Of a DNA stretch of 64,000 nt, positions 1 through 10,061 are shown piece by piece (the stretch's first letter is position 1; each line of letters begins with the position of its first letter). The notes under the pieces are model-generated. The model was given only the letters and a program-made list of their open reading frames with translations, searched no databases and was not told where the DNA came from. Origin of the DNA: Truepera sp. (GTDB lineage Bacteria; Deinococcota; Deinococci; Deinococcales; Trueperaceae); NCBI GenBank assembly GCA_965218435.1, contig CBDCKW010000009.1:448001-512000 (forward strand), written 5' to 3'. The position numbers were made by a program, and so were the translations under genes.

Positions 1-302
1 ATCGAGACGGGAATGGCGATGACCATTCCGGCTGCGCCGATCATCGAACCGATCGAGAGGTCGAACTCGCCGCCGATCATGAGTAAAGCGGCGGCCACCG
101 CTAAGATGCCGAGTTGGGCGGAGACCTCGAGCCAACTCACCACGCCGCGAAAGTTGAGAAAACCCGAATTACCGGCGACCACGGCAAAAAAGATAAAGAC
201 TAAAATAGCGCCTGCCACCGCGCCGAGTTCGGGGCGGCTCAGGAGTTTACGCCAGGAACTTACGGCCCGGACGCGTTCATCGGTTAGGGGCGTGGTACTC
301 AA
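1..302 (-). CDS. Sugar ABC transporter permease, 5' part (truncated by window edge)
   Basis: Not in ORF track. Manual minus-strand translation from TTG at 302 (AAGGAG upstream) gives [12 protein letters not shown]...[18 protein letters not shown], an RbsC/BPD_transp_2-type motif; lies downstream of the binding protein. Confidence 0.85.
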   Translation of the reverse strand, partial: MSTTPLTDERVRAVSSWRKLLSRPELGAVAGAILVFIFFAVVAGNSGFLNFRGVVSWLEVSAQLGILAVAAALLMIGGEFDLSIGSMIGAAGMVIAIPVS

Positions 303-449
303 ACTGGCTCCTTACGGTCTCAAGAGGTTCCCAGCGGGTCTCGAGCTGCATAAAAGACGGCTAAAGACATAAGTAAAGAAATACATAAGTAAAGCCTGTA
401 GCTTTAAGTTTACCCGAAAGCCACAGGCTGAAACTGTCTTCCAACGTTA

Positions 450-1397
450 CTAGCGAATCCCTTTGGCGCTCAGCGCGATGACCTGCTCGGCATTTTCGGG
501 TGTCACAAAGCCGGGGCCAGTCAAGATAATAGGGTCAGCCGGAAGCAGACCGTACTGAATGTAATTGGTCAAAAACACGATCGGCAGGTAACCTTGCAGA
601 TACTGCTGCTGGTCAATGGCAAAGTTGATCTCTTTATCTACCAAAGCTTGCAAGATGGTCGGTGAGAGGTCAAAGATACCGACCTGCACGTTGCCGAGTT
701 GCCCGCCTTCACGGAGCGCCTCGATGGTGGGTTCGCCGCCCAAAGGCCCGACGGCTAACACGCCCTGAATATCAGGGTTTTGGGTAAACGCCGCCGAGAC
801 CGCGTTGCGCACTTCGGTTGGGTCACTTGAAACCGACAGCACGTTGACCGTCGCGCCGTCGCCGAGACCCTGTTTGAACCCGTCGCAGCGTTGGTCGAGC
901 GCGACGTTACCGACTTCGTGGTTGACACAGATGGCGTTTTTGACGTTGGCTTCAGCCATCTGCTCACCTGCGCCAACCCCGGCTTCAAATTCTGTCTGCC
1001 CGACGTGCCGTAAAACGCCGAGGTCCTTAAACACGTCCGAACCCGAGTTCATAGACATTACCGGAATCCCGGCGTCTACCGCGGCGCGAACCGAATCGCC
1101 CAGCGCGTCGGCGTCAGGAATCGAGACGACCAGGCCGTCGGGTTGTGAGGCGACGGCTGCGTCTATAAGTTGCGCCATTCGGGGCATATCGAAGGTTTCG
1201 GGGGCGCGGTACTCGACCTGAATGCCCATATCTTTAGCGGCCTGCGTGACGCCGTTACTGACGACCGACCAAAACGGATCGGAGGCGCTGCCGTGCGTGA
1301 CGACGACAATACGGATGTCTCCGCGAGGTTTGACATCCTGAGCAAACGTAAAGGTAAAACCGGTGAGCAGGAGTAACGAAAAGGCCAAACGCTTCAT
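450..1397 (-). CDS. Sugar ABC transporter substrate-binding protein (Peripla_BP_4 type)
   Basis: Signal peptide; motifs [52 protein letters not shown]. Confidence 0.9.
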   Translation of the reverse strand: MKRLAFSLLLLTGFTFTFAQDVKPRGDIRIVVVTHGSASDPFWSVVSNGVTQAAKDMGIQVEYRAPETFDMPRMAQLIDAAVASQPDGLVVSIPDADALGDSVRAAVDAGIPVMSMNSGSDVFKDLGVLRHVGQTEFEAGVGAGEQMAEANVKNAICVNHEVGNVALDQRCDGFKQGLGDGATVNVLSVSSDPTEVRNAVSAAFTQNPDIQGVLAVGPLGGEPTIEALREGGQLGNVQVGIFDLSPTILQALVDKEINFAIDQQQYLQGYLPIVFLTNYIQYGLLPADPIILTGPGFVTPENAEQVIALSAKGIR

Positions 1398-1719
1398 ACA
1401 GGCTCCTTTAGGGTGGGCGCTTCACTCCTATAAGACCGTTTTTAACCTTTAGGGCGAACCGCCGCACATTGAGATGTGACGAGAAAACTATACGGCCCGG
1501 TTTTGGGCGTGTCAACGGGTACGCCGCTTGAAAAAGGCTGAGCCTTGCCAAAGATAGGGCTAAGACTATGACAAAAGCAACGCCGTTTGAAAAAGCTTTC
1601 TAAATCGTGTGGAAACTGATTGAAGGCTCGAGTCAAACAAACCTTAACCGAAACTTGTTGCTGTAACGAGGCCGGGTTGGCCTAGAACTTAACAAAGTTC
1701 TCTGTCTACAGATTGTATT

Positions 1720-1749
1720 ACAAACATGATCGCAACAAACGCGTTCGTA
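1720..1749 (+). promoter_or_regulatory. Putative repressor operator (tandem imperfect palindromes)
   Basis: ACAAACATGATCGCA-ACAAACGCGTTCGTA with 15-bp period; second copy near-palindromic; about 35 bp upstream of the oxidoreductase start. Confidence 0.35.
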
Positions 1750-1783
1750 ACATGCTCTTATAACGTAGTCGAGAGGAGAAAAG

Positions 1784-2686
1784 ATGAAAGCAGTACAGTT
1801 TGCCAAATACGGTGGCCCCGACGTGTTACAGCTGGTCGAGGTTGATGAACCCCACGCCGGTCAAGGTCAGGTAAGGATCAAGGTTCGCGCCGCTGGAGTC
1901 AACGGGCTCGACTGGAAAATCCGGGAAGGGTATATGCGCGAGGCGATGCCGCTCACGCTCCCGGCCGGAACCGGGATGGAAGCCGCTGGTGTCGTTGACG
2001 AAGTGGGCGAAGGTGTAACCGAGGTTGAGGTCGGTGACGCTGTCTTTGGCTACGGTTCCGCGACGTTGGCCGAGGTCGCGGTGCTCTCGAGCTGGGCAAA
2101 AAAACCTGCCGAGCTGCCCTTTGAAGAAGCTGCCGGTTATCCGGCTGCGGTTGAGACAGCCCTGCGGATTTTGGCTCAGGTTGGCGTGCAGCTGGGTGAG
2201 ACGTTGCTCGTAAGCGGCGCAAGCGGCGGTGTAGGTTCGGCCGTCGTTCAGTTTGCCCGCGAGCGCGGGATTAAGGTCATCGGCACAGCCAGCGAACGCA
2301 ATCACGACTATTTGCAAAAACTCGGTGCGGTACCTACGACCTACGGACCCGGTCTGCTCGAGCGGGTCCGCGCCTTGGCCCCGGATGGGGTTGACGCGGC
2401 CCTAGATATCGCCGGGTCCGGCGTCATTCCCGAGCTGATCGAACTCACCGGCGAACCCGCGAAGGTTTTGTCTATCGCCGACTTTAGTGCGCCCGAGTAT
2501 GGGGCACAGGTTTCGGACACGTTTAGCAATGCCGCGGACGCTTTTGCAGAGGCGGCGCGGCTCTTCTCCGAGGGTGCGTTTCAGCTGCCGGTCGAGAAGA
2601 CTTTTCCGCTCGAGCAAGCAGGTGAGGCGCAAGCTGAAAACGCGGCTGGGCACACCGTCGGCAAGCTCGTCGTTACAGTGTCTTAG
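1784..2686 (+). CDS. NADP-dependent oxidoreductase (MDR/quinone reductase family)
   Basis: MKAVQFAKYGGPDVL start, GASGGVG nucleotide-binding motif, C-terminal GKLVV; GAGGAG RBS. Confidence 0.9.
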   Translation: MKAVQFAKYGGPDVLQLVEVDEPHAGQGQVRIKVRAAGVNGLDWKIREGYMREAMPLTLPAGTGMEAAGVVDEVGEGVTEVEVGDAVFGYGSATLAEVAVLSSWAKKPAELPFEEAAGYPAAVETALRILAQVGVQLGETLLVSGASGGVGSAVVQFARERGIKVIGTASERNHDYLQKLGAVPTTYGPGLLERVRALAPDGVDAALDIAGSGVIPELIELTGEPAKVLSIADFSAPEYGAQVSDTFSNAADAFAEAARLFSEGAFQLPVEKTFPLEQAGEAQAENAAGHTVGKLVVTVS

Positions 2687-2690
2687 AGAC

Positions 2691-2906
2691 TTGGCTGTAA
2701 GCTCAAACGGGGAGACTACGCCCCAAAGCCGACCGGCAAAACCGGTGCGGACCCGTGAAGGGATTGTTGCCGCCGCGCTGACGATTTCGCAAGCTGAAGG
2801 GTTGGGCAAAGTGACGATGCGCCGCAATGCGGCGCTCGACAGAGGTTCTCCTCGGCGGTGTTTTAAGCACCCACCAATACTAAAAGGCGGCGTTAAAAGG
2901 CAGTGA
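2691..2906 (+). pseudogene. Truncated TetR-family regulator remnant
   Basis: RPAKPVRTREGIVAAALTISQAEGLGKVTMRRNAALDRG resembles TetR helices 1-3; similarity is then lost and the frame stops at 2906. Confidence 0.65.
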
Positions 2907-3130
2907 TGAGCGTGCCCTATAGCGCAGCTTAGTTTTAGTATCTCAAACCCTACTTACAGCACTGCCACGAGAAATTGCAACTAGTACCAGTACTACTGTG
3001 AAATTACTGTAGAACCATGATGAAATGTGTGTGCCGGTCAGCAAAACCTATCGGGAGAGCGTTGTTCCCCGAGCTTCGTACTCGCTGACTATATCTGCCA
3101 AAAACCAAAAAATGTGCGTATGCTAACAGG

Positions 3131-4456
3131 ATGACCGGCAAGCTAACCGACCCCACCACCCTTACGCTGACGCAGCTCGCCCGCGCGTTCCGGACCGGTC
3201 AACTGCGTCCGAGCACGGTGACCGAGGCGTATCTGGCGAAGCTCGAGCCCGGTCCCGTTTACCGCTTAGTTACCGCTAAGCGGGCGCGGGCACAAGCGGC
3301 GAAGGCCGACGCTCTTTTTGACGCCGGTACCGACTTGGGGCCGCTGCAGGGTGTCCCGCTGGCGCTTAAAGACCTGATGGATACCAAGGGCGACGTAACC
3401 GCGGCGGGCTCTAAGCTGTTCTTAAACCGTGCGACTGCAACGCAAGATTGTCCTGCGGCAGCGCGTTTAGACGCGGCGGGCGCAGTGTTTTTGGGTAAAA
3501 CCAACATGACCGAACTGGCCTTTTCGGGGCTCGGCTTAAACCCACACTTTGGCACCCCGGCAAACGTCTTTGACGCCGTGCGCGTTCCCGGTGGGTCGTC
3601 GTCGGGTGCAGGCGTGGCGGTGGCGTCGGGGTTGGCGTGCGCGGCCATCGGGTCGGATACCGGCGGTTCGGTACGGATTCCGGCGGCGTTTAACGGCCTC
3701 GTTGGGCTTAAAACCACGGACGGGGCTGTCCCACTCGAGGGATGTGTCCCACTTTCAACCACGCTCGATACGCTCGGGCCACTGACCCGCACCGCCGAAG
3801 ACGCGTGGCACGTGTGGTGGGCGCTGGTAGGCGTGGCTCCGGCCCCCTTTATGCCGACCGGCGTAACCGGTTTGCGCGTGCTCGCCCCAACAACGGTGTT
3901 GCAAGAGGATTTAGACGCTGAGGTTGCGGCGGCTTTTGCCGGGGTCTGTGAGCAGCTTACGGAACTCGGGGTAGAGCTCGAGACCCGCCCTCTACCCGTG
4001 TTAAACGAGCTGAACGGACTTTACAGGCGTTTTGGGAGCTTTGCGGCGCTCGAGGCGCTGGCCCTGTACGAAGACCTGCTAGGCCCCGGTAGCGAGGTTG
4101 ACCCGCGCGTCGCCACCCGTATTTTGGCCGGACGGAGCCGCAGCGCCGCGGACTATATCCGGCTGGGGTTTGAACGGACGCGGCTGCAAAGTGTTTTCTG
4201 GGCGGCGTGCGCCGGATTTGACGTCGTGCTTGCGCCGACGGTGGCGGTGCTCCCACCTAAGCTGACCGACCTGCAGACCGATGAAGCGTACTTTACGGCG
4301 AACAGCGCGGTGCTGCGTAACACCGCAATTTTTAATCTCTTGGGTGTTCCGGCGCTCAGCGTGCCGTGTGCGCCGATGATCGGCGTAATGGTCGCGGCGC
4401 GGCCGGGACAAGAAGCGTTGGTGCTGTCGGTCGCAGCGGCGCTTGAGGCCGGTTAG
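3131..4456 (+). CDS. Amidase signature family protein
   Basis: GVPLALKD, GKTNMTE, PGGSSSG and IGSDTGGSVRIPA motifs. Confidence 0.92.
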   Translation: MTGKLTDPTTLTLTQLARAFRTGQLRPSTVTEAYLAKLEPGPVYRLVTAKRARAQAAKADALFDAGTDLGPLQGVPLALKDLMDTKGDVTAAGSKLFLNRATATQDCPAAARLDAAGAVFLGKTNMTELAFSGLGLNPHFGTPANVFDAVRVPGGSSSGAGVAVASGLACAAIGSDTGGSVRIPAAFNGLVGLKTTDGAVPLEGCVPLSTTLDTLGPLTRTAEDAWHVWWALVGVAPAPFMPTGVTGLRVLAPTTVLQEDLDAEVAAAFAGVCEQLTELGVELETRPLPVLNELNGLYRRFGSFAALEALALYEDLLGPGSEVDPRVATRILAGRSRSAADYIRLGFERTRLQSVFWAACAGFDVVLAPTVAVLPPKLTDLQTDEAYFTANSAVLRNTAIFNLLGVPALSVPCAPMIGVMVAARPGQEALVLSVAAALEAG

Positions 4457-4605
4457 AGCCGGGTTGACGCTCGCTTTTACAACGGTTTGGACGCGTGAGA
4501 GGCGCTACACTAAGTTACTGACTGCGGCATTCTTTAGTTCAAACTTCTTTGCCGTAAAACGTTGATAAACACCCCAACCGACTGAGTTTGTGAGACTGCC
4601 AGCCC

Positions 4606-5148
4606 CTAATACGTTTTTGTACTGTCAAAAATCTGCGTCGCCTGACCCGGTGGGGTAACAAAAAATTGGAGCGCAAGTTCGTAGCGTGGCCCCTGAAAAT
4701 ACGTAAGCGTCAGCGGATACTCGCCTTTGTCCAGCGTCATACTCGCCGTTTTTAGCACCGGGTCGTGTTCAAAGTCGTTGCTAACAACTAGCGCCGAACC
4801 GATGTAGAGCTTGGAGCCGTCGTCTGAGTTGAGCCCGAAGGTATACGTTCCGGCAGTCTCGATTCGCAACACGCCTTGATACTGCAACCCGAACCACTCG
4901 AGGCGGTCAGTTACTCCAGGAAAACCCTCCTCAAAGTCGCGCCGCGCGATATCTAAAGTGGTGGTGTAGAGCGTACCTACCGGCTCGAGCGCCGTAAAGT
5001 CGGGCAGTTTGGACGTTCCTTCGGGGACAAAGTAGAGTTGACCGACGAGCGCGTCCTCTACTACCTCTGAGGTACCAAAGTTTGCTTTGGTAGCGCAGCC
5101 TGTCAGACCTAGCAGCAAGCACAGCGTGGCCAGCAGTGTATTTTTCAC
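4606..5148 (-). CDS. PA14-domain lipoprotein
   Basis: Lipobox LTGC; PA14 motifs GTYTFGLNSDDGSKLYI and YPLTLTYFQG. Confidence 0.8.
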   Translation of the reverse strand: MKNTLLATLCLLLGLTGCATKANFGTSEVVEDALVGQLYFVPEGTSKLPDFTALEPVGTLYTTTLDIARRDFEEGFPGVTDRLEWFGLQYQGVLRIETAGTYTFGLNSDDGSKLYIGSALVVSNDFEHDPVLKTASMTLDKGEYPLTLTYFQGPRYELALQFFVTPPGQATQIFDSTKTY

Positions 5149-5424
5149 CCGGTGTTTCCTCCGACACAGTTTTTTCCGGCCTTAGCTACCCCTAACCTGA
5201 CCAGCCAAGGTAACCTCTGTAACCGTTTAGCCAACAGCCTCCGGAGGTTACGGTGTTATCGCTTTGAAACTTCCTCGCGCGTATCGTCAGCCGTAAACCT
5301 GTGCCTGTAACTAAGCTCGAGCCCTGCAGCCCAAACGCGTGTAGTGCCAGTTTGCCCTACAATCAGGCGCGTGGCTGTGGTTTATCTCTCATCAACCAAA
5401 GTTAGGTTCCGCACGAAGTTAGCA

Positions 5425-6138
5425 CTAGAGAGGCTCGCTCGCGGCGGTTGAGCCTTCGACCCACTGCTGACCTTCGGGGGTGGCCTCGAGCTTCCATACC
5501 GGTAACAGCTCTTTAAGCCGGTCTATAGCAGCGTGCGTGGCTAACAGCGCCGCTTGGCGGCGTTTAGACGACACCACGATGATAATAGACGCCTCGCCCG
5601 GTAACAGCTTGCCGAGGCGGTGACCAAAGACGATTCGGCCCAGCTCAAACTGAGTGCGCAATTCGGTAGCGGCGCGCTGCATCTGCGTGACGATCATTGC
5701 CTCGTAGCCCTGATACTCGATGAACGATACGTTTTGGCCAGCGTTGGGTGACCGCACCGTGCCGAGAAAACTGCTTACAGCGCCGTATTCCGGACGGCTC
5801 ACTCGCGCCGTGCACGCAGCGATATCAAGCGGGGTTTCAGTTACAAAAAAATGGTCGGCTTCACCGTCCGCTTCCCCACCTTGTTCCCATATGCCCGAGC
5901 CGCCTGCTACCGGTGGGAAAAAAGCCAGCGTGTCGCCTGCTCCGAGGACTTCGTCCGGGGCCGCGTAGACCTCGTTACGGGCGGCGAGCGCCCCCTTAAG
6001 CTTAAGTGTAGGGTGCTCAGCTTCAAGCCTAGCAGCCGCGTCTCTGACGGTCGCTCCGTCAGGCAGCTCGAGCTTGACGGTTTTGTGCCCAACTTGATCG
6101 CGGTACGTTGCAAAAAAAAGAACTTCTAAGGTCATCAA
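5425..6138 (-). CDS. moaDE: Molybdopterin synthase MoaD-MoaE fusion
   Basis: N-terminal ubiquitin-like MoaD ending FFPPVAGG, linker, then MoaE (GAVSSFLGTVR, HRLGKL, IDRLKELLPVWKLE). Confidence 0.9.
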   Translation of the reverse strand: MMTLEVLFFATYRDQVGHKTVKLELPDGATVRDAAARLEAEHPTLKLKGALAARNEVYAAPDEVLGAGDTLAFFPPVAGGSGIWEQGGEADGEADHFFVTETPLDIAACTARVSRPEYGAVSSFLGTVRSPNAGQNVSFIEYQGYEAMIVTQMQRAATELRTQFELGRIVFGHRLGKLLPGEASIIIVVSSKRRQAALLATHAAIDRLKELLPVWKLEATPEGQQWVEGSTAASEPL

Positions 6139-6147
6139 GTAAGCGTA

Positions 6148-7089
6148 TCAGTTAGGTTCGCGGGTTGTGGCGGTGAGCGTTTCAGTGACGCCGCGGGCGA
6201 TCATCAAGGTTTCCGGGTAACGCATCCGTATCGGCCCGAGTAAGAGCAGTCCGGCGCGACCCCCGCCGAACTCGAGCTGCGCCGACACGAGCGCAAGCGA
6301 CTCTTCGACGATCAGGGCGAGCGCCTCGGCTGCGGTCGCCGGGGTTTCCACACGTTCTAAAACCTGCCGTACAAAGCTCGGATCAGCCGATTCGGGTTCG
6401 CTAAAGAGGTGTTTGAGCCCGCCGGAAAAGACGCGCGGGGCGCTGACTTGGGGCCACGCCTCGGCGAGTGCCAGATAGGTACGGGCAACCTCACGCCCGG
6501 CACGTCCGGCGATGTCTAAGAGCGCCTGCGGCACCTCGCGGACCGGCAGCGTCAACCGGCGGAGGCTGCTTTCAGCCTCGAGTAGATCGCCGTCGGCGGG
6601 GGTAGGGGAGAGCTCGAGGGCGAGCTGCCGGACGAGGCCGTTCTCGAGCACTACGACCGCCAAGGTGCGGCGGCTCGAGAGCGCCGACAGGTGAACTTCT
6701 AAAATCTGCAATTCGTCATCGGTCGGCAAACTCACGACGACCGCGTAACCTGAAAGTTCAGCGGTCACGCTGGCCACGCGTTCTAACAGTCCTTCGCCGT
6801 GAGCGCCGCGAAAACTTTGTAGCAATAAGGTGCGCTGCGCGTCGGGGAGAACCCCGGGAGGTAGAAACTTACGGGCGTAGCGGTGATAGCCTCGTTCACT
6901 CGGTACCCGCCCCGCCGAGGTGTGGGGTTGTCGCAAGTAGCCTGCAGCCTCGAGCACCGAGAACTCGTTACGAACCGTGGCGCTGCTGACCCGTAACTGT
7001 TCGGCAATAACGGCCGACGATACGGGTTTCGCGGAACTGATATGACGTTCGGCTACCAATTCTAAAATCTGCTCGGTGCGGGCGTTCAC
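6148..7089 (-). CDS. hrcA: Heat-inducible transcription repressor HrcA
   Basis: PVSS...VSSATVRNE...QPHTSAGRVPS and C-terminal GPIRMRY motifs. Confidence 0.92.
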   Translation of the reverse strand: MNARTEQILELVAERHISSAKPVSSAVIAEQLRVSSATVRNEFSVLEAAGYLRQPHTSAGRVPSERGYHRYARKFLPPGVLPDAQRTLLLQSFRGAHGEGLLERVASVTAELSGYAVVVSLPTDDELQILEVHLSALSSRRTLAVVVLENGLVRQLALELSPTPADGDLLEAESSLRRLTLPVREVPQALLDIAGRAGREVARTYLALAEAWPQVSAPRVFSGGLKHLFSEPESADPSFVRQVLERVETPATAAEALALIVEESLALVSAQLEFGGGRAGLLLLGPIRMRYPETLMIARGVTETLTATTREPN

Positions 7090-7177
7090 CCTGAGCAGTC
7101 TACCATCTAGGCTCCTACACGAGCGTTTATGTGAAGAAAGTAAACTTTGTGCTAGACGCCGTTCGGCTTAAAGTGCG

Positions 7178-7393
7178 CTAGCAGCAGAGCTGAGCGGTCA
7201 TAGCGCCGCTTCGCTCGAGCTCACCTTCCGGGTCAAGCGTAAGCGTCACTGTACACGACGCCAGCAGCACAACTAGCAGCACAGTCAGCAGTAGAGTGTG
7301 AGGCTCAAGCCCTGCGCCGAAACGAACGGTGCTGAAGTGAACCATCCCGCTCATCCTGACGCGTAGACGACGGGTGAGTCGCGAGCTGCTCAA
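7178..7393 (-). pseudogene. Possible truncated lipoprotein remnant
   Basis: Hydrophobic LLLTVLLVVLLASC lipobox followed by only about 24 residues. Confidence 0.3.
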
Positions 7394-7405
7394 GGGTCAC
7401 TGAAG

Positions 7406-8632
7406 TTAGGAAGGCTCCAGAAAATCCAACACGCCCAGCGTCAAGGTCTCGACGGCGACGCCTAAACTCTGCTCATCGAGGTCAAACCGTGGGTGATGGT
7501 GCGGTTTGTCGGCCCCTAATGCTTCGTTACGGCCCCCGACAAAAAAGTAGCATCCAGGAGCTTGCGCGAGCCAGCACGCCATATCGTCACCGCCCATCGT
7601 CCGAGCACTCTCCAGCACGTTTTCCGCGCCGACTACCTGCTGCGCGACGCGGTGGACCCTAACTGTCATCGCCGCGTCGTTGATGACCGCCGGGGACGTG
7701 TCTATCCAACGAAACGTTGCGGTGCCACGCGCAGCCTCGGCTTCAGCACGGCACAAAGTTTCAATACGGCCTTTAAGATACTCCCGCGTCTCCGGCAAAA
7801 ACGTGCGGAGCGTCCCTTTAAGTTCAGCCTTCTCAGGGATAATGTTATACGCCGTACCGCTGTGAAAACTTGTCATACTCACCACGGCGCTGTCTTGCGG
7901 GTCGGTCTCGCGCGAAACGAGGGTTTGTAACGTCCCAACGAGCCGCGCTGCGATGACGATAGGGTCTACGCAGTTTTGCGGTTTGGCCGCGTGCCCGCCC
8001 GATCCGTGAATGACAACCTGAAACGAATCTGTTGCCGCCATCGAAGGCCCCGGGCGCAGCGCCACCGTCCCGACCGGATAGTCCGACGAGAGGTGAAGGC
8101 CGATGGTTGCGTCCGGCGCGAGACCCTCGAGAGCACCTTCAGCGAGCATCACCGCCGCGCCGCCGACCGTCTCTTCAGCAGGTTGAAACACAAAGACGAC
8201 GCGGCCTGAAAGTTCAATCCGGCGTTCGCTCAAAATTTTGGCGACCGACAAGAGCACCGCTGCGTGCCCGTCGTGACCGCACGCGTGCATCTTGCCCGCG
8301 ATTTGCGAGCGGTAAGGCGCGTCTTTTTCGTCGTGAATAGGGAGCGCGTCAATGTCGGCCCGCGCCAACACCGTGCGGCCCGGTCTCGAGCCCTCTAATA
8401 CCGCGACTACACCCGTTTTAGCAATCCCGCGCCGCACCTTTAACCCGAGCGCCTCGAGCTTATCCGCGATAATACGGGCCGTCCTTACCTCTTCAAAGGC
8501 AGTCTCGGGGTGCATATGAAAATCGCGGCGCTGCACCACGGTTTCGTCAAAGACGGCGAGGGCCGCGTCGTGAATCTCGAGCATAGTTTTTGTGTCCAGG
8601 TTTGTGCCTAGATTTGTGTTTAGCGTGCTCAT
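7406..8632 (-). CDS. M20 family amidohydrolase
   Basis: RRDFHMHPE, RADIDAL, MHACGHDGH, FQPAEE and HHPRFD motifs. Confidence 0.92.
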   Translation of the reverse strand: MSTLNTNLGTNLDTKTMLEIHDAALAVFDETVVQRRDFHMHPETAFEEVRTARIIADKLEALGLKVRRGIAKTGVVAVLEGSRPGRTVLARADIDALPIHDEKDAPYRSQIAGKMHACGHDGHAAVLLSVAKILSERRIELSGRVVFVFQPAEETVGGAAVMLAEGALEGLAPDATIGLHLSSDYPVGTVALRPGPSMAATDSFQVVIHGSGGHAAKPQNCVDPIVIAARLVGTLQTLVSRETDPQDSAVVSMTSFHSGTAYNIIPEKAELKGTLRTFLPETREYLKGRIETLCRAEAEAARGTATFRWIDTSPAVINDAAMTVRVHRVAQQVVGAENVLESARTMGGDDMACWLAQAPGCYFFVGGRNEALGADKPHHHPRFDLDEQSLGVAVETLTLGVLDFLEPS

Positions 8633-9105
8633 CTGTCCTCCGGGTGTGGGTAACGTCCCAAGCTCAAGATAACGCGAAACTCGTTTTCGGTCAGCGGCGT
8701 CACGCTCAAACGGTTGCCCCGTTGCAAAATTTTTAAGCTCCGCAGCTCAGGCTGTTCCCTCAGCTCAGATAAGGGGACGAATTGCGGTAGCGCCGCGACG
8801 CCCCGAACTTTGACGGCGTCCCAGCGCGGCGCGTCTTGGGTAGCTTTGGCGTCGTAACAAGGGCTCTGTGCGTCGAACTGTGTCGGATCGGGATAGGCTT
8901 CATAGACGACCTCGGCAAGCCCGGCAACACCTGCGGGGTGGGTGCTCGAGTGATACACCAAAACAGCGTCACCCACGCGCATCGTCCGCATAAAATTGCG
9001 TGCCTGATAGTTGCGGACACCTTCCCAAAGGGTCGTGCGGGCGGGCGCGGCGAGCAGATCACTGAAACTGAAAACGTCCGGTTCGGTTTTTAAGAGCCAC
9101 GCCAC
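8629..9105 (-). CDS. EVE domain protein
   Basis: WLLKTEPD, WEGVRNYQARNFMR, YHSS, YPDPTQFD and RLSVTP motifs; ATGA overlap with the next gene. Confidence 0.92.
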   Translation of the reverse strand: MAWLLKTEPDVFSFSDLLAAPARTTLWEGVRNYQARNFMRTMRVGDAVLVYHSSTHPAGVAGLAEVVYEAYPDPTQFDAQSPCYDAKATQDAPRWDAVKVRGVAALPQFVPLSELREQPELRSLKILQRGNRLSVTPLTENEFRVILSLGRYPHPEDR

Positions 9106-9112
9106 CGCCCCG

Positions 9113-9850
9113 CTAGTCTCCGGTGTTGGGCACAGGAATAGGTTTGACGGCAGGGGGCTCGTAATGAAAGACCTGAAGGAAAAACTGCATCACCGGGCCG
9201 ATCAAGAGGGCAAACAGCACCGTACCGAGCCCGACAGAGCCGCCCAGCAAAAACCCCAAAATGAGTACCGAGAGCTCGAGGACGCCCCTTGTGAGCCGGA
9301 TGCTCCGCCCCAGCTTAAGGGCGCTCCCGAGTACTAGGTCGTCGCGTGGCCCTGCCCCAAACCGCGCTGTAATATAAAGCCCAATTGCTAACCCAGTCAG
9401 CACAACACCCGCGACAAAAAGTACAATGCCCCAAACCCAAGCCCCTGTGGGAACCTCCGGCAGCCAACTCTGCGCTTGAAAAAAGTCAATCCAGGGACCG
9501 ACCAAGAGCATATTAAGCGCCGTCCCTAAACCGGGCCGCTGGTGCAGTACAAAAAAGCTAAAGATGATTAAGAGCAGCCCGACAAGCTGGGTAACGCGCC
9601 CAAAGGGTAAACCGGTGCGTTCGCTCAGGCCCTCGTGCAGCGCCGACCAGGGGTCTAAGCCGATGTGGGCGCGGAGCATCAGCGAGATGGCCAAGCCGAA
9701 GACCATCAGGCCGAGGTTGAGCTGAAACAGTCTGCGCCAAAATGAAGCGGTCGTAAGGGGGAAGGCAAAGCGGGGCACGCAGGCCAGTCTAAAGCGGCGT
9801 TTAGGTTTCGGGCGTTGCAGCGGTAACGCTCGAGAGGTTCGCCACTCCAA
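9113..9850 (-). CDS. YczE/YyaS/YitT-family membrane protein (start uncertain)
   Basis: Multiple TM segments; GLDPWSALHEG, GAGPRD and GGSVGLGTVLFALLIGP motifs. Confidence 0.85.
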   Translation of the reverse strand: MEWRTSRALPLQRPKPKRRFRLACVPRFAFPLTTASFWRRLFQLNLGLMVFGLAISLMLRAHIGLDPWSALHEGLSERTGLPFGRVTQLVGLLLIIFSFFVLHQRPGLGTALNMLLVGPWIDFFQAQSWLPEVPTGAWVWGIVLFVAGVVLTGLAIGLYITARFGAGPRDDLVLGSALKLGRSIRLTRGVLELSVLILGFLLGGSVGLGTVLFALLIGPVMQFFLQVFHYEPPAVKPIPVPNTGD

Positions 9851-10061
9851 AGCCAGCTAGAGTAAACCTTAAGAAACTTAATGAATATGAGACCTTAAGC
9901 TTCGCTTAAGCTTCTAAATCTATCTTGACCCCACTAGCAGGGCACATTACCTAAATGCCTGATGAGGGCGGATGAGAGAAGGCGCGTTGGACGAGGCTAT
10001 AGCGGTGGGGTCAGAGCAGTGTCGGGTCGGCTTAACGTTCTTGTCTTAAAGGAGCAAAATT

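Noticed and set aside
3036..3091. Nested stems (GTCAGC...GCTGAC) upstream of the amidase as a riboswitch
   Set aside because: Matches no aptamer I recognise, and the amidase appears leaderless, placing this upstream of its transcript.
9962..10061. ORF-track start of the beta-propeller gene
   Set aside because: No RBS or signal peptide; the RBS and lipoprotein signal lie in other frames from 10062.
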